64,000 bases of DNA from assembly GCA_964399425.1 (NCBI GenBank), contig CAYNQR010000004.1, forward strand, positions 13,076 to 77,075. The letters run 5' to 3'. Below are positions 38,278-48,688 of the stretch, piece by piece. Within the stretch, counting starts at the first letter, position 1, and each line of letters opens with the position of its first letter. The position numbers and the translations under genes are program-made. The notes beneath the pieces are model-generated. The model worked only from the letters and a program-made list of their open reading frames with translations. It had not been told where the DNA came from and did not search any database. Source of the DNA: an uncultured Dehalococcoidales bacterium (GTDB taxonomy: Bacteria > Chloroflexota > Dehalococcoidia > Dehalococcoidales > UBA5627).

Positions 38278-39951
38278 CTACATTTTTTCAGGCGCCGACA
38301 TCCCCATCAGACTGAGAGTCTTTTCCAGCACAATCCTGGCGGAGGCAACCAGTTTCAGCCTTGCTTTTGTAATATCTACTTCATCCGTTACAACACGGCA
38401 CTGCTTGTAGAAACTGTGGAAAATCGTAGCCAGCTCCTGGGCATAATAGGTGAGGTGATGCGGTTCCAGGGTGTTGGCTATCATCTCAATTATCTCGGGT
38501 AAAAACAGCATCCTGCGTATTAACGTCAACTCTGATTCATCGCTAAGCAGCAAGACGTCCCCGTCGTCATATTTAATGCCTTTATCCTCAGCCAGCCGTA
38601 GTATGCTTGAGATACGGGCGTAGGCGTACTGGACATAATATACCGGATTATCCTGTGATTCCTTCTTCGCCAGTTCCAGGTCGAAGTCCATCTGGCTGTC
38701 GGCGGAACGGCACAGGAAAAAGAAGCGGCAGGCATCGACGCCGACTTCATCGATTACCTCCGACAGCGATATCATATCTCCGCTGCGCTTGGATAATTTA
38801 ACCAGTTCTCCGCCGCGTTTTAAGGTAATCATCTGTGAAATTATGACCTTTAAGCGTTTCGGGTCGATTCCCAGCGCACCGACTACGGCTTCCATCCTGG
38901 AGACATGCCCCTGGTGGTCGGCGCCCCAGATATCGATAACCTTATCGAATTTGCGCTCGATGAACTTGTTGTAATGGTAAGCAATGTCGGTAGCGAAATA
39001 GGTGGCGGTGCCGTCGCTGCGGACGACCACGTTGTCTTTATCCTCGCCTAGAGCTGTGGAAACAAACCATGTGGCGCATTCTTTCTCGGCGATATATCCG
39101 TTTTGTTTTAGCATCGACATCACCTTGTCGTATTGCCCGTTATCATAAAGGCTGCTTTCACTGAACCAGTTGTCGTAGCAAACCCTGAGCGATTCGAGTG
39201 ACTCACCTATCTGTGCCAGCATTTTTACCAATCCGAGTTTGCCGATTTTTATTTCGGCTTCATTCTGCGTCAGTTTAAGAAATTCGTCGCCGTGTTCGTC
39301 TATTATTTCTTTGGCAAGGTCTGTTACATAAGAACCGAAATAGCCTTCCGCCGGCATTTCCGTATCGATGCCGAGCGACTGCCGGTAGCGGGTGTATAAT
39401 GAGCGGTAAAATGAGGTAATCTGGTTGCCGGCATCGTTGATATAGTATTCTTTTTGCACTTTGAATCCGGCGGCGGCCAGTACATTTGCCAGCGTGCTGC
39501 CCAGTACCGCTCCGCGTCCATGCCCGACATGCAGCGGTCCGGTAGGGTTGGCGCTGACGAATTCTATCTGCACCTGTTTTCCGTTTCCTTTTTCTATATT
39601 GCCGTAAGCCTTATCCTGTTCGAGAATACGGGTTACCTGTTTCGTCAGCCAATCGGATGAGAGTGTAAAGTTAATAAAGCCGGGCGGGGCAACGGTAATA
39701 TCGGCGATTTCTTCGCTTTTAGATATGAAAGAAGCAATAATTTTGGCGATATTGAGCGGATTTAAGCCGGTGGCGCGGGCAAGTTTTAAAGGAAGGCTGG
39801 CGGCATAATCTCCATGCTCGGCTTTTTGCGGGCGTTCGATGGATATATCCGGCAGCGGAATGCCGGGCAATTTACCCGATTGCTGTGCTTCCGTTGCCGC
39901 CTTTTTTATCGATTCGATAATCCTTTGTTTAACAGCTAAAATTTCGCTCAA
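38278..39951 (-). CDS. argS: Arginine--tRNA ligase
   Basis: 557 aa. HIGH-type motif [14 protein letters not shown], class I fold, C-terminal DALR anticodon-binding domain. Confidence 0.95.
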   Translation of the reverse strand: MSEILAVKQRIIESIKKAATEAQQSGKLPGIPLPDISIERPQKAEHGDYAASLPLKLARATGLNPLNIAKIIASFISKSEEIADITVAPPGFINFTLSSDWLTKQVTRILEQDKAYGNIEKGNGKQVQIEFVSANPTGPLHVGHGRGAVLGSTLANVLAAAGFKVQKEYYINDAGNQITSFYRSLYTRYRQSLGIDTEMPAEGYFGSYVTDLAKEIIDEHGDEFLKLTQNEAEIKIGKLGLVKMLAQIGESLESLRVCYDNWFSESSLYDNGQYDKVMSMLKQNGYIAEKECATWFVSTALGEDKDNVVVRSDGTATYFATDIAYHYNKFIERKFDKVIDIWGADHQGHVSRMEAVVGALGIDPKRLKVIISQMITLKRGGELVKLSKRSGDMISLSEVIDEVGVDACRFFFLCRSADSQMDFDLELAKKESQDNPVYYVQYAYARISSILRLAEDKGIKYDDGDVLLLSDESELTLIRRMLFLPEIIEMIANTLEPHHLTYYAQELATIFHSFYKQCRVVTDEVDITKARLKLVASARIVLEKTLSLMGMSAPEKM

Positions 39952-40056
39952 GATATCCCCCGTTTAAAGCTATATAATGGTGCATTATAACACAACGCAC
40001 CATTATATAAATAATTTTATCAGGTATTGAAGACTAATTTACAATATACCGATACT

Positions 40057-40341
40057 CTATTTTTCGAACAATTCCTCGATTTCTTCCTTGCCGTGCTCCA
40101 TTTCTTCTGCTAGTTCCTTATCCTGCATCAACAGGAGTGTCTGGAATTCGCCGACATGGGTTTTTTCTTCCCTGGCAATATCCAAAAGAACCGTTTTCAG
40201 GTTTTTATCTTCCGCCAGGCTTGCCATTTGTTCATAGAGATTAATGGCATCCAGTTCGGCAATAACGGCTGCTCTGAGTATTTCCTTGTCGATATCTTTC
40301 TTGTCTACTTTAGCAAGCTGGATGGGAATCTGTGATAACAT
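40057..40341 (-). CDS. Encapsulated-ferritin-like (EncFtn family) ferritin-like protein, no adjacent encapsulin
   Basis: 94 aa. AELDAINLYEQ and REEKTHVGEF match the EncFtn E...ExxH di-iron ligand pattern as I recall it. Confidence 0.55.
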   Translation of the reverse strand: MLSQIPIQLAKVDKKDIDKEILRAAVIAELDAINLYEQMASLAEDKNLKTVLLDIAREEKTHVGEFQTLLLMQDKELAEEMEHGKEEIEELFEK

Positions 40342-40690
40342 TTAAACCTCCGTTAATTAGTATTATATCTATATATTAAAGACTTTCCGGATTAAAAACA
40401 AATTATTGCAGCTTTCGATATTTTCCACGGGAAAGGCGGCATATATAGTTATCGGGTTGTTTGATATGAGTCACATAAAGCTGTCCTTTATTCCCGTTCG
40501 GTCGGGATCGAATCCATAACGGCGGGGAATATCGAATTGTATAAAAATCCCTCTGTACAATCCGGACATAGGTTACACTTTTTAAAAGGTGAGCCTATCG
40601 AACCCGAAGTACCCTTTATGGTGATAACGGCGACGAATAACGAATTGCATTCAGATGCTTCGCTACGCTCAGAAAGACAATACGGAAATG

Positions 40691-40772
40691 GTCTTTGCGA
40701 GGAATCCCTATACATTGTCATTCTGAGTCGAAGACGAATGAATTTCATGTAAATCATAGAGGGATGACGAAG
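40691..40772 (+). repeat. 82-bp composite intergenic repeat, copy 2
   Basis: 72/82 identical to the reverse complement of 8822..8903. Confidence 0.8.
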
Positions 40773-40871
40773 CAATCTTTCTCGAATAGCCCGAATAACA
40801 GTATTAAATGAACCGGTAGAGATTACCGCGCCCCGATTCCATCGGGTCTCGCAATGGCATCTATTAAATAA

Positions 40872-43331
40872 TCAGCTTTGTTCGCCGATGTTCTTTTTTA
40901 TCCAGACACGGGAAATTTCATTCGATAGCGATTTGTGCTCCGTACTCTCCAGTTCCGGGTCTTTCTGGAAGAGCAATGTTGCCTCGCGGCGTGCCATTTC
41001 GAGTAGGGCGGTATCTGAAATGCGTGCCATTCTGAGGTCGGGGATGCCGCTCTGGCGCGTGCCGAAGAACTCTCCGGGGCCTCTCAGCTTCAGGTCTTCC
41101 TCCGCCAACAGAAAACCGTCCTGCACGCCCTCAATTATTCCCAGCCGGTTTCTGGCGATTTCCGAGGGATTTTCCGCCAGCAGCATGCAGTAGCTCTGCT
41201 CTTTACCCCTGCCTACTCTGCCGCGGAACTGGTGCAACTGCGAAAGCCCGAAACGGTCGGCGCTTTCGATCAGCATTACCGTAGCGTTGGGAATATCCAC
41301 GCCTACCTCGACAACCGGTGTGGAAACCAGTATGTCCAGTTCACCGCTGCGGAAGCGCGACATAACATCGTCCTTATCGGCTGAAGACATACGCCCGTGC
41401 AACAATCCGAGCCTTAAGGACGGAAAAATCTCCGCTGAAAGATATTCGAATTCACCGATGGCGGCGCGCGCCTGCACCGCTTCCGATTCTTCAATCAGCG
41501 GGCAGATAATGAATGCCTGTCTTCCCCCGGCAACCTGTTTGCGAATAAAATTATAGGCTTTTTCTCTTTCTTGCGGAGTCAGCCACTTTGTTTTAATGCT
41601 TTGCCTGCCCGGAGGCAGCTGGTCTATGACCGACAGGTCGAGGTCCCCGTACAGTGTCAGCGCCAGTGTGCGCGGGATAGGAGTGGCGGTCATTACCAGC
41701 ATATGCGGGCTGAAACCCTTCTGCCGTAATGTAGAGCGCTGCGCCACGCCGAAACGATGTTGTTCATCCACAATCACCAGTCCCAGTTTTTCAAATTCGA
41801 CATCCTTTTGTATCAGGGCATGCGTGCCGATGATTATATCAACTGCTCCTGAGGCAATAGCTTGCTGCAATTCCTGTTTCTTTTTGCCTTTGATGTCTCC
41901 AATCAGAAGGGCAATGGTAACCGGTTTCTTTAAAAAGCCGCTGTACGTATGCATGTAACTGTCCTGTGCAACCGCTTGTCCTGCTAACGCCAGAAGATTG
42001 CATACGCTGGCGAAGTGTTGTTCGGCGAGTATTTCGGTAGGCGCCATAAAGGCTCCCTGGAAATCGTTATCGACCGCTGCAATCAGGGCAGCCATAGCCA
42101 CAACTGTTTTGCCGCTGCCGACTTCTCCCTGCAATAATCTTGACATCGGTACAGGTTGTTTCAGGTCTTCGAGTATCTCGGCGGTTACTCTTTTTTGGGC
42201 ACCGGTAAACTCGAACGGCAGCGTCTTCATCCATCCTTCCAGCAGTGACGTATCTATTTTAAACGGGTTGGCAGGCTGGCTGACCTGCCAGTTGCGCTTT
42301 CTTTTAAGAACTCCCAGTTGCAGCAGGAACAATTCATCGAATGCCAGCCTGATTCTGGCTCTGTCTTTCAAATCGATGCTATCCGGGAAATGCGCCTGGG
42401 CGATAGCCTGCGGCAAATCCAGTAATTTGCAGCGTTTTCTTAATTGTTCGGGCAGGAATTCTGCTATTTCGGGCGACCAACGGTCGATAACTTGCTTCAT
42501 CATCTTCCTGACGGTGCGTGGATAAAGACCTTTTGTCAGCGGGTATAGCGGGACAAGCCTGCCGGTATGTACCAGTTCTTTATCTTCCAGGATTTCCCAT
42601 TCCGGGGATTCGAATACCGGCTGGTCTTTGAATATGCTTAAACGACCGCTTAAAACTATCTGCTGATTTGTGGAGACTTGTTTAACGATATACGGATTAT
42701 TGAACCATACCACCCTGACGTTTCCTGTTTCGTCTCCGACAATGGCTTCGGTGCTGCGGCGGTTGCCGAGCCTGACCTCGCGCACCTGCCAGACGTTGGC
42801 GATAATCGTCTCCTCGATTCCTTCTTTAAGCTCCGAAATGGTTTTCCGCAGGCTGTAATCGAGGTGGCGGTTCGGGAAGTAATACAATAAATCTCTTATC
42901 GAAGCAGCGCCCAGTTTATTGAATTTGGCGGCAACTGTGGTACTGACACCCTTTATAGTAGTTATCGAGGCATCGAGGTTGGTGCCTTGAGCTGTTTTTA
43001 CAGTCGTTTTTCTTCGGGGTTTGACGGCAGTAACATCTGTTGATTTAACTGCTTTTACAGTCTTTTTTACCGCCGGATTCTCAAGTTCTTCGACGTGTCT
43101 GAGAATTTCTTCGATTTTAGCCTTGCGCTGCTGCTTATCAAGCAGTGAATAGCCGGTTTTATCGAGCTGCAATTGCCTGAATTTTTTTAAAGCTGCGGGG
43201 CTATTGATAGAGCTTTCGGTTTTGGCTGCCCAGCGGGAAAGGAATTTATCCAGACCGCCGAATACGGCGGTGTCGGAAAAGTCTTTTTGGCGCTCAAGCT
43301 CCAGAACCTTACGTAACGGTGTTGAGTCCAT
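40872..43331 (-). CDS. recG: ATP-dependent DNA helicase RecG with ~130-aa N-terminal extension
   Basis: 819 aa. Wedge domain, helicase motifs GEVGSGKTVVA, VDEQHRFGV, TATPIPRTL, QFRGRVGRG. Confidence 0.9.
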   Translation of the reverse strand: MDSTPLRKVLELERQKDFSDTAVFGGLDKFLSRWAAKTESSINSPAALKKFRQLQLDKTGYSLLDKQQRKAKIEEILRHVEELENPAVKKTVKAVKSTDVTAVKPRRKTTVKTAQGTNLDASITTIKGVSTTVAAKFNKLGAASIRDLLYYFPNRHLDYSLRKTISELKEGIEETIIANVWQVREVRLGNRRSTEAIVGDETGNVRVVWFNNPYIVKQVSTNQQIVLSGRLSIFKDQPVFESPEWEILEDKELVHTGRLVPLYPLTKGLYPRTVRKMMKQVIDRWSPEIAEFLPEQLRKRCKLLDLPQAIAQAHFPDSIDLKDRARIRLAFDELFLLQLGVLKRKRNWQVSQPANPFKIDTSLLEGWMKTLPFEFTGAQKRVTAEILEDLKQPVPMSRLLQGEVGSGKTVVAMAALIAAVDNDFQGAFMAPTEILAEQHFASVCNLLALAGQAVAQDSYMHTYSGFLKKPVTIALLIGDIKGKKKQELQQAIASGAVDIIIGTHALIQKDVEFEKLGLVIVDEQHRFGVAQRSTLRQKGFSPHMLVMTATPIPRTLALTLYGDLDLSVIDQLPPGRQSIKTKWLTPQEREKAYNFIRKQVAGGRQAFIICPLIEESEAVQARAAIGEFEYLSAEIFPSLRLGLLHGRMSSADKDDVMSRFRSGELDILVSTPVVEVGVDIPNATVMLIESADRFGLSQLHQFRGRVGRGKEQSYCMLLAENPSEIARNRLGIIEGVQDGFLLAEEDLKLRGPGEFFGTRQSGIPDLRMARISDTALLEMARREATLLFQKDPELESTEHKSLSNEISRVWIKKNIGEQS

Positions 43332-43376
43332 CAGCAGGCTCCTGTGTCGCTGTTCGAAGCATTATTCTATGCCGGG

Positions 43377-44315
43377 CTAAAGTGCAGCGAATCTTAATTT
43401 AGGCAGGTGTATCGAAGGCAGAGACGGCAGGGATATAATCTTTTTCTTTTCTTCTTCACCTGTTTCCGTTAAGTCGCTGATTTTCTCTCTTAAAGCCAGT
43501 ACCAATGTTCCGGGTCCGCCATGCACACCCAGCGCCGGTCCCAGTCTCGATATATGAATATTGCTCCTATCGAATATTGTAGCTATGCGCTCTTTCAGTG
43601 ATTGCGCATCATCCGGGGTAGTGCTGTGAACGATGGCTATATCCTGTATATTTAAGTAATTTTTGGCATGTTCGAAGAGTTTATCCATTCCTTTACTGCG
43701 GCTGCGCGCCAGACCGGTCGGCTGCAATTCCCCGTTAGCCATGGTTAACATCGGCTTTACATGCAGCATTCCGCCCAGCAGGGCTTTAGCTTTGCCGATA
43801 CGTCCGCCGAGCAATACATATTTCAGGGTATCGAATATTCCCCATAAGTGAGTCCTCGGGATGGAAGCTCTTATCTCCTCCAGTATTACCGTCAAATCCT
43901 CACCTGCCTTAGCCAGGCGGGCGGCTGCCAGCGTCATCAATCCCAATCCCATGGAAGTCGACATTGAATCGATAACTTCAATACGTTTTTCCCCGCCTAT
44001 CATCTCCTTTGCCTGTAAGGCAGAGTTGTAGATGCCGCTAAGTTTGCTGGTAACCTGTAAAGAGACGATTGCGTCTGTTTCCCCGAGCAGTTTTTTATAC
44101 ACGGTTACAAAATCTGCAGGCGGAGGCTGGGAGGTTTTTACAATGATATTATCGTTTACCATTTTCTGGTAGACTTCATCCTGGCTGATATCGACACCGT
44201 CGCGGTATGTTTTGCCGCCAAACTGGACATAGGCGGGAACGATTGTAATCCCGTATTCCTGAATCAATTCCTGCGGGAGATCGGATGTGCTATCCGTGAC
44301 AATTTTAACTGTCAT
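43377..44315 (-). CDS. DegV family fatty-acid-binding protein
   Basis: MTVKIVTDSTSDLP start. ATG at 44315 is preceded by aaggagaaaaat, so the longer ORF start at 44399 is rejected. Confidence 0.85.
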   Translation of the reverse strand: MTVKIVTDSTSDLPQELIQEYGITIVPAYVQFGGKTYRDGVDISQDEVYQKMVNDNIIVKTSQPPPADFVTVYKKLLGETDAIVSLQVTSKLSGIYNSALQAKEMIGGEKRIEVIDSMSTSMGLGLMTLAAARLAKAGEDLTVILEEIRASIPRTHLWGIFDTLKYVLLGGRIGKAKALLGGMLHVKPMLTMANGELQPTGLARSRSKGMDKLFEHAKNYLNIQDIAIVHSTTPDDAQSLKERIATIFDRSNIHISRLGPALGVHGGPGTLVLALREKISDLTETGEEEKKKIISLPSLPSIHLPKLRFAAL

Positions 44316-44332
44316 ATTTTTCTCCTTGTTTA

Positions 44333-45172
44333 TCAGGGCTTTTGCATAATAGATACCGCAACCGCTCCCGGTCCCGAATATGTCCCCACTACCGGGCATA
44401 CAACGGATTTATAAATATTCTCCCTCGGAACCAGGGAACTTACACGTTCGATAAGCATTTCAGCATCTTCGGGAGTGGTGCAGTACTCTACACCGACGCT
44501 TTCTATATTTTCAGTGTTTGCCACCGCATTGTACAAGTAATCGATTCCGGCTGCTTTCGACCTTACTCTTGTAAGTGGAGCCATTTCCCCGTCTTTTATA
44601 GTCAATATCGGTTTAACCGAAAGCAGCGAACCGACAAAACCCTGCGCCTTTCCGACGCGTCCTCCCTTGGCGAGATATTTCAGGGTGTCGAAATAAGCGA
44701 TAAGTTGCGAATTTTCAAGCCGGGCGTTAGTCTTTTCAATTATTTCATCGAGTCCAGCTCCGGCGGCAGCCATTTTAGCTGCCGCTATAACAGCCAGCCC
44801 GAAGCTCATGACTATTTTTTGGGAATCTATAATTTCTATACGGCAATCCGTGTCCACCATGTTTTTGGCGCTTATTGCCGATGAATAGGTGCCGCTGAGC
44901 TTGCTCGATAACGTAACGACCAGTATTTCACCGGTTTCCTCCGCCAGTTGCTTATAAGCGTTGGCAAAGGTTAGCGGAGGCGGTTGTGTGGTCGTAGGAA
45001 GAATATTTTCCTGTGTCAATCTCTTATAGAATTGCTCAGCCGTGATTTCTACCCGGTCAAGAAATGACTCATGCCCGAATGATACTGTTAAAGGAATCAG
45101 GGTGATTCCCAGTTCGCCGGCTATATCATCGGGAATGTCGGATAGGGTATCTGTGACAATCTTCACTGCCAT
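44333..45172 (-). CDS. DegV family fatty-acid-binding protein (second, tandem)
   Basis: MAVKIVTDTLSDIP; same family layout as 43377..44315. Confidence 0.85.
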   Translation of the reverse strand: MAVKIVTDTLSDIPDDIAGELGITLIPLTVSFGHESFLDRVEITAEQFYKRLTQENILPTTTQPPPLTFANAYKQLAEETGEILVVTLSSKLSGTYSSAISAKNMVDTDCRIEIIDSQKIVMSFGLAVIAAAKMAAAGAGLDEIIEKTNARLENSQLIAYFDTLKYLAKGGRVGKAQGFVGSLLSVKPILTIKDGEMAPLTRVRSKAAGIDYLYNAVANTENIESVGVEYCTTPEDAEMLIERVSSLVPRENIYKSVVCPVVGTYSGPGAVAVSIMQKP

Positions 45173-45194
45173 TATTGCGGTACTCCTTTTCCGA

Positions 45195-46841
45195 TTATTC
45201 TACTGATACGATATAATTATAGTGCGGTTGTCCGCCTTTGACTACTTCTACCTGCAGATGGGGGTATTTCTCTTCGATTTCATTACCGCATGCTTCTGCT
45301 TCCGTTTCTTCCGTATCTTCCCCGTAATAAACTGTGACTATCTCGGCTTTATCCAGTTCTGCTTTATCGAGAACATCATAAAGAACGTCCCTGGCAGTAT
45401 CCTGAACTGCTACGATGGTTCCGTTGAGCAGTCCGATAGCCTGCTTTTTCTTGATATCCAGTCCGCCGATTTTACATGAACGCACGGAATGGGTTATCTC
45501 GATTGATTTTACGGAATTTATAGCGCCGTTCATGATTTCGCAGTTGGCTTCCATATCCGCCTCATAGTCGAAGGCAAGCAAAGCCGCTACCCCCTGCGGG
45601 ACATTAACGGTAGGAATTACACAGATGCTTTTTTCCGTAAGTGCCTGAACCTGCCGGGCAGCCATGATAATATTCTTGTTATTAGGAAGAATAATGACCT
45701 TATCGGAAGGAGCGCGTTCCACTCCCATCAGAATATCCCTGGTACTCGGGTTCATCGTCTGCCCGCCGGCAACTACGGCGGCTACCCCGAGGCTGGCAAA
45801 AACCTCTGCCAATCCCTCTCCGGCAACGACAGCGACAATAGAAGTGTTTACCGGTACAGCCCGGTTTTTCTGCTTTTCGAGGTAATCCTGATGCTGCTCA
45901 TCCATATTCCTGATACTGACGGTATGTATCGTTCCCATCTGGGTTACGTAACTGATTACTTCACCGGGGTCGAGTGCGTGAACATGTACCCTGATTGTGG
46001 TATCGTCTCCGACGACTATCAGGGATTGCCCTTTTTTCAACAGGGTCTTTTTTATCTTTTCGGGGTCGAGGTCCTTGCCTTTTAACAGGAACTCAGTGCA
46101 GTAACCGAAGGGTATTTCATCTTCAGTTTCAGTTTTTGCATGAGATACGATGGTTACCGGCGTTGCGGCAACATTACTGGCAATTATCTGCGGTTTTCTG
46201 AACTGCATGAGTTCCGATTCTCCGCGCAGGTAGCGCAGAGCGCCGTCCAGTATTGTATAAAGCCCCTGTCCTCCCGAATCGACGACTCCCGCGTCTCTTA
46301 ACACGGGGAGAAGCGTAGGAGTATTGGCTACCGATTCACTGGCGGCGGTTACGGTGGCTTCCAAAACCGAAAGGATATCGCTGTTTCCGTCGGCGGCAGC
46401 TAATGCCGCTGATTTGGAGGCATCCTTAAGAACGGTAAGCATGGTGCCTTCCACCGGATTGCTGACACCCTTGTATGCGACAATAGATGCCTGTTCCAGC
46501 GCTGCGGCAAAATCTTTGCCGTCGATAGTTTCCTTCTTCCCCATACCATGTGCCAGTCCCGTCCAGAACTGCGAAAGAATCACTCCGCTGTTTCCGCGGG
46601 CTCCCATTAAAGCGCCGTTGGCCATAGATAGAGCTACAGAGGATGCGTTGTTGTTTGCATTTTGAAAACCATGTTCGATTGTAGATTTCATGGTGAGTAA
46701 CATGTTTGTCCCCGTATCGCCATCCGGAACGGGGAATACATTAAGTGCATCGATATCTGCAGCGCTTTTTTCCAGCCAATCGGTAGCTGCGGCGAACATT
46801 TCGAGGAATTTCTGTCCACCGATAGTATCCGTTTGCTTCAT
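45195..46841 (-). CDS. yloV: DAK2-domain fusion protein YloV
   Basis: N-terminal DhaL/DAK2 domain (LNVFPVPDGDTGTNM, GARGNSGVILSQ) plus a C-terminal YloV-type domain. ATG at 46841 preferred over the TTG at 46901. Confidence 0.8.
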   Translation of the reverse strand: MKQTDTIGGQKFLEMFAAATDWLEKSAADIDALNVFPVPDGDTGTNMLLTMKSTIEHGFQNANNNASSVALSMANGALMGARGNSGVILSQFWTGLAHGMGKKETIDGKDFAAALEQASIVAYKGVSNPVEGTMLTVLKDASKSAALAAADGNSDILSVLEATVTAASESVANTPTLLPVLRDAGVVDSGGQGLYTILDGALRYLRGESELMQFRKPQIIASNVAATPVTIVSHAKTETEDEIPFGYCTEFLLKGKDLDPEKIKKTLLKKGQSLIVVGDDTTIRVHVHALDPGEVISYVTQMGTIHTVSIRNMDEQHQDYLEKQKNRAVPVNTSIVAVVAGEGLAEVFASLGVAAVVAGGQTMNPSTRDILMGVERAPSDKVIILPNNKNIIMAARQVQALTEKSICVIPTVNVPQGVAALLAFDYEADMEANCEIMNGAINSVKSIEITHSVRSCKIGGLDIKKKQAIGLLNGTIVAVQDTARDVLYDVLDKAELDKAEIVTVYYGEDTEETEAEACGNEIEEKYPHLQVEVVKGGQPHYNYIVSVE

Positions 46842-46972
46842 TTCTTTGTACCACCATCCTTGTAAAGGTGCAGTTTGAATTATTCTTGTCAGGTTTTGCA
46901 ATTTATGCTAATATAGCAGAACGAATTGTACAACAATTCCTTATAGACAGTCAAAGGAGACATATCAGTTAA

Positions 46973-47164
46973 ATGAAGTGTGATTTATGCGATAAATCGA
47001 TGTTATTCGGCAATAATGTCAGCCATTCAAAGAGACGCACCAGGAAGCAATCGATGCCGAATATCCATACAATCAGGGCAGAGGTAGACGGCAAGGCAAT
47101 GCGCGTGCATATCTGCACCAGGTGTCTGCGTACCCAGAACAAGTTAGCCCGGTCTGCCGAGTAG
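46973..47164 (+). CDS. rpmB: 50S ribosomal protein L28 (zinc-ribbon form)
   Basis: MKCDLCDK..GNNVSHSKRRTRK...ICTRCLR; SD aaaggag. Confidence 0.9.
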   Translation: MKCDLCDKSMLFGNNVSHSKRRTRKQSMPNIHTIRAEVDGKAMRVHICTRCLRTQNKLARSAE

Positions 47165-47184
47165 TTTGGATTAGTCAATAATTG

Positions 47185-47224
47185 ATAGCCTGTAATCGTT
47201 AAGAATTGCAGGCTATTTCTTTTG
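47185..47224 (+). terminator. Hairpin + T-run after rpmB, overlapping the 3' end of convergent argH
   Basis: atagcctg (47185-92) / caggctat (47209-16) followed by ttcttttg. Confidence 0.4.
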
Positions 47225-48572
47225 CTCTTTGCAGGGCTTTTTCCACCTGTGCAGGAGAAGTGCCTCCGGTGACATTCCTCGCTGCGACAGAAGATTCCAC
47301 AGTTATATTCCGCATGTCCGCATCGAAAAGGACAGAAAACTGCCTGTATTCGTCGAGGCTCATTGTTGCAAGCGTCTTATCATTTTTTACCGCATAATTG
47401 ACCAGTTTGGCGATAATGCCGTGAGCGTTGCGGAAGGTTTCGCCTTTACAAACGAGGTAATCGGCAAGGTCGGTTGCCAGTATGAATCCGCGGTCGAGCG
47501 CTTTTTTCATATTTTCCGGCTTGAACTTTAAAGTATCCAGCATTCCGCTAAAAACCTTAAGGCTGGGAATCAACGTATCTACCGTATCGAATACCCTCTC
47601 CTTATCCTCCTGTAAATCACGGTTATAAGTCAGCGGCAGCCCTTTCATGGTAGTTAAAAGTCCTGTGAGGTTGCCGTATACTCTGCCTGTTTTCCCTCTG
47701 CCGAGTTCGGCAACATCGGGGTTCTTTTTCTGCGGCATCAGGCTGGAGCCGGTGGCATAGGCATCGTCCAGCTCGATAAATTTGAACTCCGCCGAAGACC
47801 ACAAGATGATTTCCTCCGCCATTCTCGAAAGGTGCATCATACAAATACTTGCGGCAGAGATATATTCGACGGCAAAATCCCGGTCGGAAACGGCATCCAT
47901 GCTGTTGCGGCTGACTTCGCCAAATCCCAACTCTTCAGCCAGAAACTGCCGGTCTGTATTGAAGGTAACGCCTGCGAGAGAACCGCTTCCCAGCGGCAAA
48001 ACATCCGCCCTTTTATAGCAATCCTGAAAACGTCCGTAATCGCGTTCCAGCATTTCGAAATATGCCAGCAGGTGATGCGCCAGCAGTACCGGCTGCGCCA
48101 GCTGCAAATGGGTATAGCCGGGCATGATTACCGTTTTATTTGCTTCCGCCAGCTTGATAAGCATCTTCTGCAAAGTGCGGATGCTGCCGAGCGTCTCGGA
48201 AACAGCTTCTTTTATATATAACCTGAAATCGAGCGCCACCTGGTCGTTGCGCGAGCGTCCGGTATGCAGTTTTCCCGCCACATCGCCGATAAGCTCGAAC
48301 AAGCGCGCTTCGACAGCCATGTGGATATCTTCCTGTTCCGGTTTAAACCGGAATTCTCCCTTTTCTATCTCTTCGGCAACAAGGTTCAGTCCCTTTTCGA
48401 TTTTATCCGCTTCGTCTTTAGTAATAATATCCTGTTTGGCAAGCATACGGGCATGAGCGATGCTGCCCCTGATATCGTAGCTGTACAGTCGCCAGTCATA
48501 CTGGAGCGATGAGGTATACTTTACCACCAGTTCATCCGGCGGTTTATCGAAACGGCTTCTTATATGGCTCAT
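47199..48572 (-). CDS. argH: Argininosuccinate lyase
   Basis: 457 aa. Fumarate-lyase signature GSSLMPQKKNPDVAE, TGRSRNDQV. Confidence 0.95.
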   Translation of the reverse strand: MSHIRSRFDKPPDELVVKYTSSLQYDWRLYSYDIRGSIAHARMLAKQDIITKDEADKIEKGLNLVAEEIEKGEFRFKPEQEDIHMAVEARLFELIGDVAGKLHTGRSRNDQVALDFRLYIKEAVSETLGSIRTLQKMLIKLAEANKTVIMPGYTHLQLAQPVLLAHHLLAYFEMLERDYGRFQDCYKRADVLPLGSGSLAGVTFNTDRQFLAEELGFGEVSRNSMDAVSDRDFAVEYISAASICMMHLSRMAEEIILWSSAEFKFIELDDAYATGSSLMPQKKNPDVAELGRGKTGRVYGNLTGLLTTMKGLPLTYNRDLQEDKERVFDTVDTLIPSLKVFSGMLDTLKFKPENMKKALDRGFILATDLADYLVCKGETFRNAHGIIAKLVNYAVKNDKTLATMSLDEYRQFSVLFDADMRNITVESSVAARNVTGGTSPAQVEKALQRAKEIACNS

Positions 48573-48688
48573 TTTTTATACCTCGCTATTTTTTATTGTT
48601 ATTGATATTACTACTTTAAACTTCTATGTTTTAAAAGGGTGACAACAACAATCCCTACAAATTCAATACGTTATCCAGATTGCCAGTT

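Noticed and set aside
39952-40871. Encapsulin nanocompartment operon around the EncFtn-like gene
   Set aside because: No shell-protein-sized ORF is adjacent. The flanks are argS and a repeat-filled non-coding gap.
43377-44399. Longer 340-aa version of the DegV ORF overlapping the upstream DegV gene (similarly the 46901 start of yloV, 25581 start of the zinc-ribbon gene, 16790 start of thiC and 15284 start of rsmG)
   Set aside because: Internal ATG codons with good SD sequences match the conserved family N-termini. The extensions are unconserved and in some cases start at TTG.
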